Positions 13,634 to 26,690 are shown, counted from the first letter of the stretch. The stretch is DNA of 64,000 bases from Anthoceros angustus (GCA_010909165.1 VJWM01000173.1:441763-505762), one strand, 5' to 3'. The notes: generated from the letters alone by a model not told the origin. Numbers and translations are program-made.

Positions 13634-14950
13634 GGTTAGAGATGCATTTGCGGAAGCGTCTTGCATCAAGCAGATGCTTTATTAACAATGATAGAGTTTG
13701 ATTCATAGGTGGGCTTATAAAGGATGGTTACGAGGGGGTGTGTCCTTCACTAGCCTGTTAGTTAACTAACTACCCACTAGCAAAGTCTAGCTTGACTAGT
13801 CTATATTGGGTCTAGTCTAGTCGACCTTAACCAACGTGGTTTGCACTACTTCCAACTCTTCCTCTCAGACACGTTGAGTTATTTGAGATCTCCATAAAAT
13901 AAAAGAAGACCACTCGTCATCGGAGTCTTGCAATGTGCTATAGTCTTCTACTCGCCTGTCCCAACTCACGGTCGGACTCCCTCGTCTTGAGGATCACCGG
14001 CTCACTCACGGAGTAGAACACGGTTGTGGCCGAGGCGGGAAGCAGGCAATTTGTCAACTTCAAGTAATGGAATATAAGATAAAAGCCTCACCATATGAGC
14101 GACTTGTCTAGCATCATAAAGCTACTACAGTCTTCTAATCCAAGCCCTTCTTTGTGGAAGTAGTGTTTAAACTTGGGCAAGGATTTTGTCAACACATGTG
14201 TTGTGTTATCGTCTGTTGGTACATACCGTACCTTTACTATTCCCCTTTATGTGGTATCACGAATATAATGATGTTGAATCTTTACGTGTTTCGTGTGTGC
14301 ATAGAATACGGGGTCAACAACTAAAGCAATTGTTGACATGTTACCATGGTTAAGTATTGTTGGCCCTTCCTGCAGCATACCCAAATCCTTGCATAGCTTT
14401 CCTTCCCACTCAGCCTCCTCAGTGGCTTTTGTGAGTACCATATTCTGATTTTGTTGATGAAAGTGAAACGACTACTTGTTTCCTACAAGTCCAATTGACA
14501 GAAAAGCCTGGCAAGAAAGCAATATGCTGAGATACTTTTCGTGGTGTATGCATCTGAAGCCCAATTTGCATCCACGTAGCATGAAACCAGAAGGCGCTTT
14601 TGACCACTAGGTTTGTAGCAGAGGCCAAAATTTGGTGTACCCTTAAGCTACCGCATAATGCATTTGAGAGAAACCCAGTGATCTCATCCTTGGTTCTTTG
14701 AGAACTGAGCAACAACATTCATGGTGTTTGAGATATCAGGTCTTATCTAATTACTCAAGAACATAAAAGAGTACCAACTGCCATGCGATAGGTTACAAAC
14801 TCCATATTCTTTTTGTCCTTTTCAAACTGAGGACAGGAGGCAGATGAGAGCTTAACACCAACAACACCTGGAGTGTTTCTTCAGACTGAGGGCAGGAGGC
14901 AGATGAAAGCTTAACACCAACAACATTTGGAGTGACTGCAGCTTGTGCGT
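13634..14950 (-). mobile_element. Truncated Copia related to family A: RT end, RNase H, 3' UTR, PPT, 3' LTR (13634-13857)
   Basis: SVNWTCRKQVVVSLSSTKSEY and DPVFYAHTKHVKIQHHYIRD; on the minus strand GAGAGGAAG precedes AGTTGGAAG...; LTR shares cgttggtta and cgcttccgcaaa with family A LTRs. Confidence 0.85.
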
Positions 14951-15171
14951 TTGAGACCCGCTATTTGAAGAACGCCATAAAGTAGGAAAGGGACAGCTTG
15001 ATAAACATTGGCACAAGACTTGATAAAATGTATCAAAATACTTAACCATCGCCCCCTGCGCTTCATGGGTGAGAGAAATGAGTTAGCAGCCAACTCGCAT
15101 CCCACTACATTGTGATGTGAGTGCGCTGAATTATATTTTGTGTGGTTGCATGACTATATTTGATGCATATG

Positions 15172-15237
15172 CAAAGCTTATGGCAATGAATTGCGTTCTT
15201 GACGAAAGAAGAACGCAATTCATTGCCATAAGCTTTG
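15172..15237. repeat. Perfect 29-bp inverted repeat with 8-nt loop
   Basis: caaagcttatggcaatgaattgcgttctt-gacgaaag-aagaacgcaattcattgccataagctttg. Confidence 0.95.
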
Positions 15238-15614
15238 ACGAAAGAATTGTTAGCTAGTGGGATACTGTGACACCTGCACGGCAAGGGCGTTGTCGATGCC
15301 TCTGTGGGCTTTCTTTACCTTCCGTCTCTATGCGACTCCCTTTGACACCTGCAGCGCACAGTTGCACAGTATCTGCAGTGGCAGGACAGGGCACCATGTT
15401 GCTTTGTTTTGAAGTGAATCTAGTGGTGATGTATGTACATACCTCGTGATGAAATCAGCAACTTCCTGTATCAGATCCATGCCTGCAGACTCCAGAATCG
15501 AAAGTCAAGTTGACCTTACGACGAATTTCAAGGTGATGCTGAGCGGCAACTTGTGGGCCCGCTTGAGAAACTGAGGCAACCAGACGCCACACTGTCTAGC
15601 TGATTCAGCCTTCA

Positions 15615-18600
15615 TTAACGCTGGGGAGGCCTCTCCTCCCCAACAAAGAAGCTATGCACCAGTCCATCATTGTCTGTCCACCAACTCAGACCTGGCTGCT
15701 TCCATGCCTTGATTTTTGTTCTCCTTGCCTGCAAATCCTGTGCCCGATCCCACATCTGGGCGCCAAAGTATATGTTTGACATTAGCACATATGCGGCAGC
15801 ATCTTTCCTGTCCAGCTTCAATGCTTCATTGAAAGCATGGCATCCCACCTCCACATTATTCCACTTTTGACAAGCACCCAATAGAGTGTGCCAAATTGCA
15901 GCATTAGGTAGTACTGGCATTCTCCTTACTAAATCTAGCGCCTCATCCAGTTGTCCTGCACGCCCCAGGAGATCCACCATGCACGTGTAGTGATTCTCTG
16001 TGGGAGTGAGGCTGTGGAGTCTACCCATAGCCTCAAAGTACTCCCGTCCCTCGTTCACTAGACCCACATGACTGCAAGCTGTGAGTACACTGAGAAATGT
16101 GATGCTGTCAGGCTGCACGCCATACTCTTTCATACTCTCAACAAGGTGAAAGACTGTGTCACTGTCACCTTGACAGGTGTATCCCGCAATGAGTGCATTC
16201 CAGACAACAACATCTTGTTCAGGCAATGAATCAAACACCTGTTGTGCATCAACCATGCTCCCGGACTTTCCATACATGTTTATCAAACTGCCAGCTACAA
16301 ACAAATCGGCGTGAAGCCCTTGCTCTACAATCTGTGCATGTAGCTGCGTTCCCAGATACAAGGCTGCCACATTTGCACATGCCTGTAGGAGGCACACAAA
16401 TGTCATGGAATCAAGTGCACCCACGCTTCCTTCTTGCATAACACTGTACAGACGGAGCGCTTCTTGTCCCATATCCTGCTGGGAATACCCTGCTATCATG
16501 GCACTCCACATTACCACATCTTTTCGACCAACTCCATCAAACACTCTCCGCCCGTCCTCCAAGCCGCCACACTTTGCATACATGTTCACCAAACTACTGG
16601 CTACACACATGTCAGCTTCAAGTCCTTGCTCTCTGATCAGTGTGTGCAGATGCTTTCCCTTCTCTAAAGCGGGGGTGCCCAAATTTGCACATGCCTGCAG
16701 GAGGCACACAAATGTCACGCAGTCAGGTGCAACTATGCTTTCCTCTTGCATTGCACTGTAGACGAAGGCTTCTGCCCCATGCCCTGCTGGGAATATCCTG
16801 CTATCATGGCATTCCATGTCACCACATCTTTTGACCAAGTCCATCAAACACTCTGAGCATCTTCCAAGCTGCCACACTTTGCATACATATTTACCAAACT
16901 GTTGGCTAAACAAATCAGCTTCATGTCCTCTTCTCTAAAGCGGGGGTGCCCAAATTTGCACATGCCTGCAGGAGGCACACAAATGTCACGCAGTCAGGTG
17001 CAACTATGCTTTCCTCTTGCATTGCACGGTAGGCATCAAGGGCTTCCTGCCCCATGCCTTTCTGGGAATATCCTGCTATCATGGCATTCCATGTCACCAC
17101 ATTCTTTTGACTCAGTCCATCAAATACTCTTTGAGCATCTTCCACACTCCCACACTTTGAATACATATTTATCAAACTGTTGGCCACAAACAAATCACCT
17201 TCATGTCCTCTTCCTCTAATCTGAGTATGAAGCTGCTTCCCCGTCTCCAAAGCTGGGGTTCCTAGACTTGCACATGCCTGCAGGAGGCAAGCGAATGTCA
17301 CAGAGTCGGGTGCAGCCATGCCATCTTCTTGCATAGCATGATAGAGATAAAGGGCCTCTTGCCCCATGCCCTGCTGGGAATACCCTCCTATCATGGCATT
17401 CCATGTCACCACATCTTTCTGACCAAGTCCTTCGAACACTCTCTGCGCATCTTCTAAGCTGCCACACTTGGCATACATGTTCACCAAACTGTTGGCTACA
17501 AACACATCAGCTTGATGTCCTTGTTCTCTGAATCTGCATGAAGCTGCTTCCTTCTCCAAAGCCAGGTGCCCACACACACATGCCTGCAGGAGGCACAAAT
17601 GTCACTGAATCAGGTACAGCCTTCTTCTTGCATAGCACAGAAGAAAGGGCTTCACCCATGCCCTGCTGGGAATACCCTGCTATCATGGCATTCCACGTCA
17701 CCACATCTTTTGACAAGTCCGTCAAACACACTCTGAGCATCTTCCTGCCACACTTTGCATACATGTTCACCAAACTGTTGGCTACAAACATCAGCCTGTC
17801 CTCGTTCTCTAATCTTTTATGAAGCTGCTCCTCTCCAAAGCTGGGGTGCCCACACTTGCACATGCCTGCAGGAGGCAAACAAATGTCACAGAATCAGGTA
17901 CATGCCTCTTCTTGCATGTGTACTGTAGAGGGCTTCCTGCCCCATGCCCTGCTGGGAATATCCTGCTATCATGGCATTCCACACCACATCCTTTTGAAAG
18001 TCCATCAAACACTGAGCATCTTCCAAGCTGCCACACTTTGCATACATGTTCACCAAACTGTTGGCTACAAACATCATCTTCCTGTCCTTGTTCTCTAATT
18101 TGCGCATGAAGCTGCTTCCTTCTCCAAAGCTGGGTGCCCACACTTGCACATGCCTGCAGGCACACAAATGTCACAGAATCAGGTACAGCACCCCTTCTTC
18201 TTGCATAGCACTGTAGATGAAGGGCTTGCCCCATGCCCTGCTGGGAATACCCTCCTATCATGGCATTCCATGTCACCACATCTTTCTGACCAAGTCCTTC
18301 GAACACTCTCTGCGCATCTTCTAAGCTGCCACACTTGGCATACATGTTCACCAAACTGTTGGCTACAAACACATCCCATTGATGTCCTTGTTCTCTGATC
18401 TGCAAATGAAGCTGCCTCCCCGTCTCCACAGCCAGGGTGCCCACATTTCCACATGCCTGTAAGAGGCACACAAAGGTCACTGAATCAAGTACAGCTTTAA
18501 CTTCTTCTTGCATAACACTGTAAAGATGGAGGGCCTGCTGCCCCATACCCTGCTGAGAATACCCTGCTATCATGGCATTCCACATCACCACATCTTTTTT

Positions 18601-20763
18601 ATCAACTCCGTCGAACACACTTTGAGCGTCCTTCAAGCTGCCACACTTTGCATACATGTTCACCAAACTGCTGGCTACAAACACATCGGCGTCCTGTCCT
18701 CGTTCTCTAATCTGCATATGAAGCTGCTTCCCCATCTCTAAGCCTGGGGTGCCCACACTCGCACATGCCTGCAGGAGACAAACAAATGTCACAGAATCAG
18801 GTACAGCCACGCCCTCTTCTTGCATGGTACTGTAGAGTCGAAGAGCTTCCTGCCCCATACCCTGCTGCGAATACCCTGCTATCATGGCATTCCACATCAC
18901 TGCATCCTTTTGATGCAGTCCGTCAAAAATCCTACGAGCGTCTTCCAAGCTGCCACACTTTGCATACATGTTCATTAAACTGTTGGCTACAAACACATCT
19001 TCCTGCCCTTGCTCTGTGATTTGCGCATGAAGATGCCTCCCCTTCTCCAACGCCGGGGTGCCCACACTTGCACATGCCTGGAGCAGGCACACAAAAGTCA
19101 CAGAATCAGGTACAGCGACCCCTTCTGTTTGCATAGCACTGTAGAGCCGAAGTGCTTCTTGCCCCATGCCCTGCTGGGAATACCCTGCTATCATGGCATT
19201 CCACGTCACTGCATTTTTTTGACCAAGTATGTCAAATATCCTCTGTGCATCTTCCAAGCTGCCACACTTTGCGTACATGTTCATCAAACTGCTGGCTACA
19301 TACACATCAGCTTGCAGTCCTTGTTCTCCAATCTGCACGTGAAGCTGCCTGCCCTGCTCCAATGCCTGGCTGCCCAGGCTTGCACATGCCTGCAGGAGGC
19401 ACACAAATGTCACGGAATTGGGCACTGCCTTGCCTTCCTCTTGCATAGCACTGTAGAGATGAAGGGCTTCCTGACCCCTGCCCTCCTGGGAATAGCCTGC
19501 TATCATGGCATTCCACGTCACCACATCTTTTTGACCAAATCCATCAAAGACTCTCTGAGCGTCTTCCAAGCTCCCACACTTCGCATACATGTTCACCAAA
19601 CTGCTGGCAACAAACACATGAACATCATGTCCTCGTCCTCTAATCTGCGCATGAACCTGCCTCCCCTTCTCCAAAGCCGAGGTGCCCAAACTTGCACATG
19701 CCTGCAGGACAGACGCAAATGTCACAGAATTGGGTATAGCCTTGCCTTCTTCTAGCATAGCACCGTACAGGTGAAGGGCTTGGTCCCCCATGCCCTGCTG
19801 GGAATACCCTGCTATCATGGCATTCCACGTCACCACATCTCTTTCACCAAGTCCGTCAAAAACCCTCTGAGCATCTTCCAAGCTGCCACACTTGGCATAC
19901 ATGTCCACCAAGCAGCTAGAGACAAACAAATTCGGCTCCACACCACTGGCCAGCACATCCGCGTGCACCTGCTGCCCGGACTTCAAGTCTGACCCCCTTG
20001 CACAAGCCTGAAGAGCTGCCACAAACACATGGCCATCCGGCGTCACACCGCACGTTCGCATCCGATGATACAATTCCATGGCCTGCCTGTCCTGTCCCTG
20101 TTTAACATGCGCAGAAATTATCCCAGACCACGTAAAGGCATCGGGTTCCACGACGGCGTCAAACACGTCCATCGCCTCTTGCAACCTGCCATGAGAAGCA
20201 TACATTCTAAGGATGTGGAAGCCCAGGAAAGTGTCCGAATGGTACCCCTTTCGCACCGTGGCAGCATGAACGCGGGTTCCCAAAGCAAGATCCTTCCTGG
20301 CTACACACTTCTTCAAAACAGCATAAACGAGGGATTTGGAAACACAACGGTCTGTCTGCAACAAAGCCTCCAAGACCTCGACAGCATCACGGATTTGGCC
20401 GTCCTGAATGAGCTTCCTCACGGTTTCAGCTGTTACTCCCCTACCGTCACCTCCAAGCCTGCGAGGGTGAGGATAGTCGTGGAGGTTCCTGTCGGAGACA
20501 CAACGACCCATCCCCACATCCACATCCACAGGAGCAAGCGGTGGCTTGTACAAGTTGTTTAACCAGAGGACCTCTTGAGACTGCCTGTGCCGCCGGAGGT
20601 CAGGCGGCCGGAGGCTCTTGTCAGTTTGCCACAAATCCTCCTGGCGACGGCCCGCGCTGGAAGCCAACCATCCTCTGGGACGGGCTCCCTGTCTTGCAAA
20701 GGTGCTGCACTTCCCGACCTGGTTGTGCGCCCTTCCTACCATCCCCGGAACTCCACCAGCCAT
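15615..20763 (-). CDS. PLS-class PPR protein, ~15 P-L-S triplets plus E1/E2/E+ with WW-type PG box; organellar RNA-editing factor; frameshifts at ~16750-18240 (assembly error or pseudogene)
   Basis: Repeated DVVTWNAMIAGYSQQG / DSVTFVCLLQACA / VANSLVNMYAKCGSLEDA; P2-L2-S2 (FLSVLTACSHVGLV, HYTCMVDLLGRAG); E1/E2; KQPGLSWWTDNDGLVHSFFVGE; basic N-terminal presequence-like region; first in-frame ATG at 20763; no introns seen. Confidence 0.92.
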
Positions 20764-21249
20764 GCTCCAAAGCGAACGCGCCAAGGTGGAGCTGCTCCTG
20801 GTGCTACGTGGAGTCCAATTCCACTGCTAACTCTGGTCCGTGCCAGAATTCCTTCGAAATCCGCCGCTTCTCTGATGCCGACATTGCGTTCCAGCTCTTG
20901 TTCACGCTGACGCACCTGAGTTGCCGCTCTTGGAAGATCGTGACAATTGGGAAGCCGAGTCCCACCAGCAAATCCACGAGTGTTTCGTCACCAGAAAGGA
21001 TTCGAGCCTAAGTTTACACACGTTTCATTGGCATCATTTAAGTCATATAGCTAAGCTGATTCTCGTTACCACTTAAGTCATCTAGAGAATCCTCCTTTAT
21101 CTTCGGAACGTGGTATATTATCTAGCTGTAACTTAACTAGTTTATTCTGCATCGGTTAAGGCTTTAGTTTAGTTTTAATCTCCGAAGATTTTCATCGCAT
21201 CTAAATAAGCTATTCCAGTACCATTCGAGTCATCTGTCCTTAGTTTTTC

Positions 21250-21835
21250 TCTCACATCTTTGGCCCCATGGACAAGGTCAACGAGGCATTTGAGTTATTC
21301 TCATATGAGCTCTCATTGCTCGGATTGAGGGTCAAGCTTTTTAGACAAGGCCTTGGGGGATGACCTTTCCCACATCGAAGACTTTCCTTTGCTAGAGGAT
21401 CACATGTGGTTTTTGGCATTCTCTCCTCATGCTTTGCCAAACGCCCATGTTACCTTATCCGCACATTATCTCCGCCTTGGTCCTTTTCTCACATAAAAGA
21501 GTTTGACAAGAAGATTATGAATGTCTTGGGAGACATCCTAGGCCTAGGGGCTTTTGAGTGTCCAGTAGACAATTTGGCACATTGGCAAGCATCCTTGCTA
21601 GTGGCTTGCAGCAGAATAGGTTTGGTTTCCATGGAGGAATCCTCGCCTACGGCGTTTTTAGGCAGCTGGGCTTTATCTACCACTGCTTTGGCCTCCATTT
21701 CTTGCTTCATGACAAGGCCTTTTTGGAGGACTTCGAATTAGGAGTTGAAGAGGGAACTCTCCCTCTTCAAGTGTCCCTTAAGCAAGTTAGGGACTTGTTA
21801 TCAGCGGAAGCAAGGTTACTCTTGCCTCCTTTCAT
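21250..21835 (+). mobile_element. CRE-like non-LTR retrotransposon fragment (RT end/thumb)
   Basis: HIFGP..EAFELFSYELSLLGLRV; RPCYLIRTL..FDKKIMNVLGDILG...AHWQASL....IGLVS..SPTAFLGSWA. Confidence 0.65.
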
Positions 21836-21856
21836 GACCTTCCTCATCGACAATTT

Positions 21857-24187
21857 CAGGGGAAACATGATAATTTTTGAAGGGGGGGAATATAGTAACC
21901 CCCTTTGGTGGAGACAGCACCCCCTTGTCACGATGTACACCCTTCCTGCAACAGCATATCTGCCCTACTTTGATAATGCGCACACCCTTTCTGAGCCCAT
22001 ACCTTTGATAAAAGACGCACTTTCAAGTCTACACTCCAGAACTAGAGCACAGTAGGGTGTGGGCCCATCTGCGTTTTAGTAGAATGCATAGAGGGCTACC
22101 ATTTTCATATGTTTATTACAACCGAAAACTTTTACTTTCAAGTGGTGGAACACAATGAAAACAATCCTGTATTAGCGGGAGTCTTATTTCAGTAGTCGTG
22201 AGAAAATTTCAACAAACAACTGCTAAAGGAGGAAGTGGTCATCAGCAGCGACAATAGTCATTCAAGAGTAGCGACTTGTCTATGCCGTATCTTGAGTCAA
22301 GGACCACCATCAAATTCAGTGGTCCATATCCTCTGCAAAGTCATCATTCTCCTCCAATGCTTACTCGTATTCATTAGTATAATTCTTGGGCTGAGCTTCG
22401 GACGGTGTCGACTGCCACACAACATTTAGGGTCTGCTGACCCTCATCCAAAAGCTCACCAATCGTGGTCTTCAACCTTCTGGCACTCAATGCAACCACTT
22501 GGGCTTTAAGGCAATGCCAGCGTCGTTAAAATGAACAAAGTTGGTTGCCCATGCGCCCATGCAAGCGTCCTTAAAATCAACAAAGTTGAATTATCAAGAA
22601 GATGTAGGATTCGAATTCTAAACCTCCTCATTACTACACCTTTTCCCCACCCACTTGAGCAACATTTCCAAGTTATAAGCCTTTTGAGCCGCTAAGAATT
22701 CATTTTCTTCAGGATCCCTATGAAGAGCCCATGGGGAGGCGCCTACGCCCATGGCGTGGTGGCGTGTTGGAGGAGGCGTCCGGCACGCCCATGGCGGCAG
22801 CTAGGAGGGCGCCGGGCCGGCGCCCATGGGTAGGGCAGGTGAGGGGAGCTGGCACCGGGCGCCATGGGCAAGGCAAGGCGTTTGGGGGAGCGCCGGCGCC
22901 CATGGGTGAGGTGTGTTAGGAGGCGGCCGGCCAGCCCATGAGACAGGGAGGCGCCTGGCTGGCGCCTCCTGCACCACCAGGCGGGTGGAGCTAGGGGGAT
23001 AAGAAGGAACAGTATCCTATCACCGTGGAAGGTGTGGCCCATTTGCGGGGAAGGGTTAAAGATTTGCGTCCATAGGTGATACCAAGAGTACAAGTGGTGG
23101 GAAGCCTTTTGGGTGGACCGGAAGGAGATTGTTATCATTGTGGAGAATAACATTGGGCTAGTGCTAGCGTCCTTGGAAGTGGTTTTCACGTGCGAAGTGG
23201 ATCATACAGCCTGACCACTTCAAGTGCCCGATGAAGCTTTGTTGGATGAGGCATTATTGAGGACCTCCACGTGTACTTGGGAGGATATCAAAATGCAAGG
23301 CAATGATGAGAATGACGTGGATGAATGGAGACATAATGGAACCGGAAGGATATTTACGGCGTGCACTATGGACACGCACAGCCATTACGGATTGGGAGAG
23401 TCATTGACGGAAGCTAGATGCACCACGACCTCACTTTCTTATCCATCGGTATCGGATCGAGCACGATGCGTGAAGGAGATATGTGTAGGAATACATAGTC
23501 CGTCAGTGCTAACCCATACGTGATGTCGAGGAAAAAGGGAATAAGGTCCATTACTCAAAAACATCAGAGGTGTTTTGGAATGAACACCCATCTTGTATTA
23601 TGGGTTTGTGTTGAGCATGCGGAAACATGTGTATGCGTGGACAAAAAGCGATAAGGATAAGCTCATGCGAGTTGCGCGCTTCACTGCGAGTCAAAGTGTC
23701 ACCAAGATAGTGATGACAATCTTTGGAGAAGGACCAAGTGATGATGAAGGATTGAACTCTGGTCATGAGTGAAACTGAAATCACGGTTTGTCCCGGGGTC
23801 CCAGAGTGAATGTTGTACGTCTGGTTCCAGATGTTACTATATTTTGGAAATACCCTGTCCGTGGCTTTTATTGTGTCCTTACTAAACCACATTTTCCTCT
23901 CAAAACTGAATTTACAGTCGTCCCTTCCCGGAAGGAACGACCTTTCTTACCATTCCTACTTTGCATTAATCCCATAGGTTCGAGTTTACGACCACCATTC
24001 GATAGAAACATTGCTCGATGGAAAGTAGGAACTTTAGTGGGTGACACCCTTTTTTTCGGAGATGTTTTCTGGAATGCCTTAAAAACGCTGTTTTAGGGTC
24101 CATCAAAAACCCCCTTCAGAGATTATTTACGAAAAACCCCCTTCGAGATTATTCACCCCCTTCAAAAATTATGATGTTGGCACCTTG
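21857..24187. mobile_element. TIR-bounded insertion (hAT-like, non-autonomous or composite) within the CRE element
   Basis: aacatgataatttttgaagggggggaata (~21865) is inverted relative to tattcacccccttcaaaaattatgatgtt (~24150-24178); CAGGG/CAAGG-like ends; no TSD found. Confidence 0.5.
22545..22980. repeat. GC-rich cluster of GCGCCCATGG / GGCGCC motifs (MITE or subterminal-repeat-like)
   Basis: Many copies of cgcccatgg/ggcgcc in both orientations, mostly 22720-22980. Confidence 0.45.
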
Positions 24188-24584
24188 CAAGCATCCTTGC
24201 TCAACAAACAACCTAGCCAAGCTTTCCAATCCATCCTTTTGGACCCTTCTATACCAAGGAGCTCTATTCCAAGGAGCCCATCTTCGCTCTTCATTTTGTA
24301 AAGGCTGGGAGCTGTGCTTCGTCGTACATACAGGGGACTTCACGCCAGCCTTTAACCTTCACTACTCTGGCGATGCTTGCATTGAGCTCGATTCTGGTGG
24401 CTTCCTGCCTTCTTACCATGAATGCTTTGCCTGCAACACGTATGGGACGCATCTTGCTCGTTGTCTCGATGGGGGCTAATGTATTGGCATTCATGATGTC
24501 ATTTGTGATGTTATATTTGCAATGGCTCGTGAAAGTGGTTATAATATCACTTCGACGGAGTGTTAGTATACTTTACGTGTAGGT

Positions 24585-25050
24585 CAGACGGTCAGGGCCA
24601 ACTTGTCCAGGGTGACCAAGTCTTGGTGGCAGACGTACAAGGTGGTTACAGACCCTACACAGGAATCCACCTATGATCAGGTTATCCTAGATTGTCCAGG
24701 TTGGGTGGCAACTGCAGGGGCGGCTTCCAAGGTTACTAAGTATAGGGGAATGTAGGTTGGCCACCTCTTCATTCGGCCGCTTGCCTTGGAGAGTTATGGG
24801 GTGATGGCTAAAGACTTTAATAAATTTATCAAGTCCTGTGCCAAAGCATAACATGGAAGGAGATTTGGTTATCCTACAAAGAGGGAAGTTTTGGATTCAT
24901 CAAAGCAACATAGCAAAATGGTTGGATTATGTTCACTTGCCCGGAGATTTTGAGTCATCCTATAGAAAAATAAGTTTTGACTAGATATATGAGTTTATAG
25001 TTAAGCAGGAGGTGCATGTGGAAATTCTTTCTCTGCTAGCACGAAAAGAA
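24585..25050 (+). mobile_element. CRE-like element C-terminus (restriction-like endonuclease remnant)
   Basis: LVADV..VTDPT...AASKVTKYRG...LFI.PLALESYGVM..DFNKFIKSCA pattern of RLE non-LTR elements. Confidence 0.6.
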
Positions 25051-25682
25051 AGCTTATTCATAAGAGCCAATTGGCCGCTAGGGCCTTAGTTCACCTAGTT
25101 TCGTTTAACTAAAGCACCTATACGTCTAGTTCCTGCAAATCGCTCCAGTTTACCCAGGCGTTCTGCCCTCCCTCGTGCGCGAGATTACTTCTTTGTAACA
25201 ATAACAATAATAGCGGACAGCCGGTTGTGTACTACATTACACATGCGCCAAAGACGGAGTTCTAGATTTTCTACCAGAGACTGAGTTCTAGATTTTCGCT
25301 GTGCCTTTGGAAATGAAGAAAACATAAAGGCGAAAATTTTCAACATATCATAAGAAGTGTCCACAACTTCAGAGATTAACCCCAAAATACCTCCAAAAAC
25401 TTTTCATTAATTTTATATTTTAGTTTTCCCTATTCAAGATTCGTTTTTTGTTTCATCAAGCAAAAAAGCACCAAAAAGAATTCTTATAATGAAAGGCGCC
25501 CAATTCTGTATTCCAAAACATGTGCATCCTCATGACAATTAGTGGTAAGTTCATAAGATAGAAGAATGCCAAATCGAACTTGGATTGAAACAATTCTTCA
25601 AGACAAAGTACTTGATATGCTTGCTACCTATTACCTCCATGCAACAGAACAATGCGAGCTAAAAGACTTTGCATCCATATGA

Positions 25683-26690
25683 CTACAAATCTTCTAAGTC
25701 TTCGTCATCTTCCTCACTTTCCTCATCTTCCTCATCTTCCTCCTCTTCCTCGTCTGTAAAAGGATCACCACACTCAGCTCCGAGATGTGTTGGAAGTTGA
25801 AGAACAATCTTGTTGTTGGCACTAGGATCTCTGAAAGAAATAATGCGATATTTTGAAGTGTGTGCCCAATATATAGTGCATGTCAATTTCTTGACTGTAC
25901 ACTCATCTGCTTGATGATTGATCAATGTAGTAGGGACTAATTCAAAGTTCATCTGTACAACAAGATGATTTCTGTTATCCTCTCGGGCACCTGATACCAT
26001 TATGGTAAGAACTAAATCAAATTTTACCTGTACGGTAGGAATTCTTTCTTTGATCATTTTGACTAGGCTTTGTGCATCTTCCACAGCACAACCAAGTGCA
26101 CATACTACCACAGTGGAAAAAACAGATCGTAAAAGATGGTCTTCAGCATTATTCGCCTTCCTTTCGAATGCAGCTTCAGAACAACCTGATGTCACCCGGA
26201 TCTCCAAATTATGCTCATTCATGACTGCAAAATAAAATTAGAATTAGTTACACTCAGAAGCTAATGGAAAAAAAAAAAAAACCCAACAGTTACATAACAG
26301 AAGATAGTAAAAACATTTCTCAGGTATATACTTAAAGAATGAGTGATGTTGAGCTCTCAATTTTACATGCGGTAGAATTCTTTCTTTGATCATTTTGACT
26401 AGGCTTTGTGCATCTTCCATGCAACCAAGTGCACATACTACCACAAGTGGAAAAACAGATCGTAAAGATGGTCTTGACATTATTCGCCTTCCTTTCGAAT
26501 GCAAACCCGAACAACTGATGTCACCGGATCTCAAATTATGCTCATTCATGACCTGCAAAATAAAATTAGTTTTCGAGCTAATGGAAAAAAAAACCCATGA
26601 TTACATAACAGAAGATAGTAAAAACATTTCTCAGGTATATACTTAAAGAATGAGTGATGTTGAGCTCTCAATTTTCCATTCTGTACACAG
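25683..26690 (-). CDS. Orphan spliced gene with acidic C-terminal tail; 5' part duplicated or unresolved
   Basis: Acceptor ttttgcAG|tc atg aat near 26224; upstream exon KLRAQHHSFFKYIPEKCFYYLL joins in phase; probable in-frame 75-nt intron (GTAAAA...TACAG); ends DEEEEEDEEDEESEEDDEDLEDL*. Confidence 0.5.

Noticed and set aside
15250-15615. Cryptic DYW deaminase domain after the PPR stop
   Set aside because: No HSE or CxDC motif seen on the minus strand
16190-21011. Plus-strand ORFs over the PPR gene
   Set aside because: Antisense shadows of the repetitive PPR reading frame
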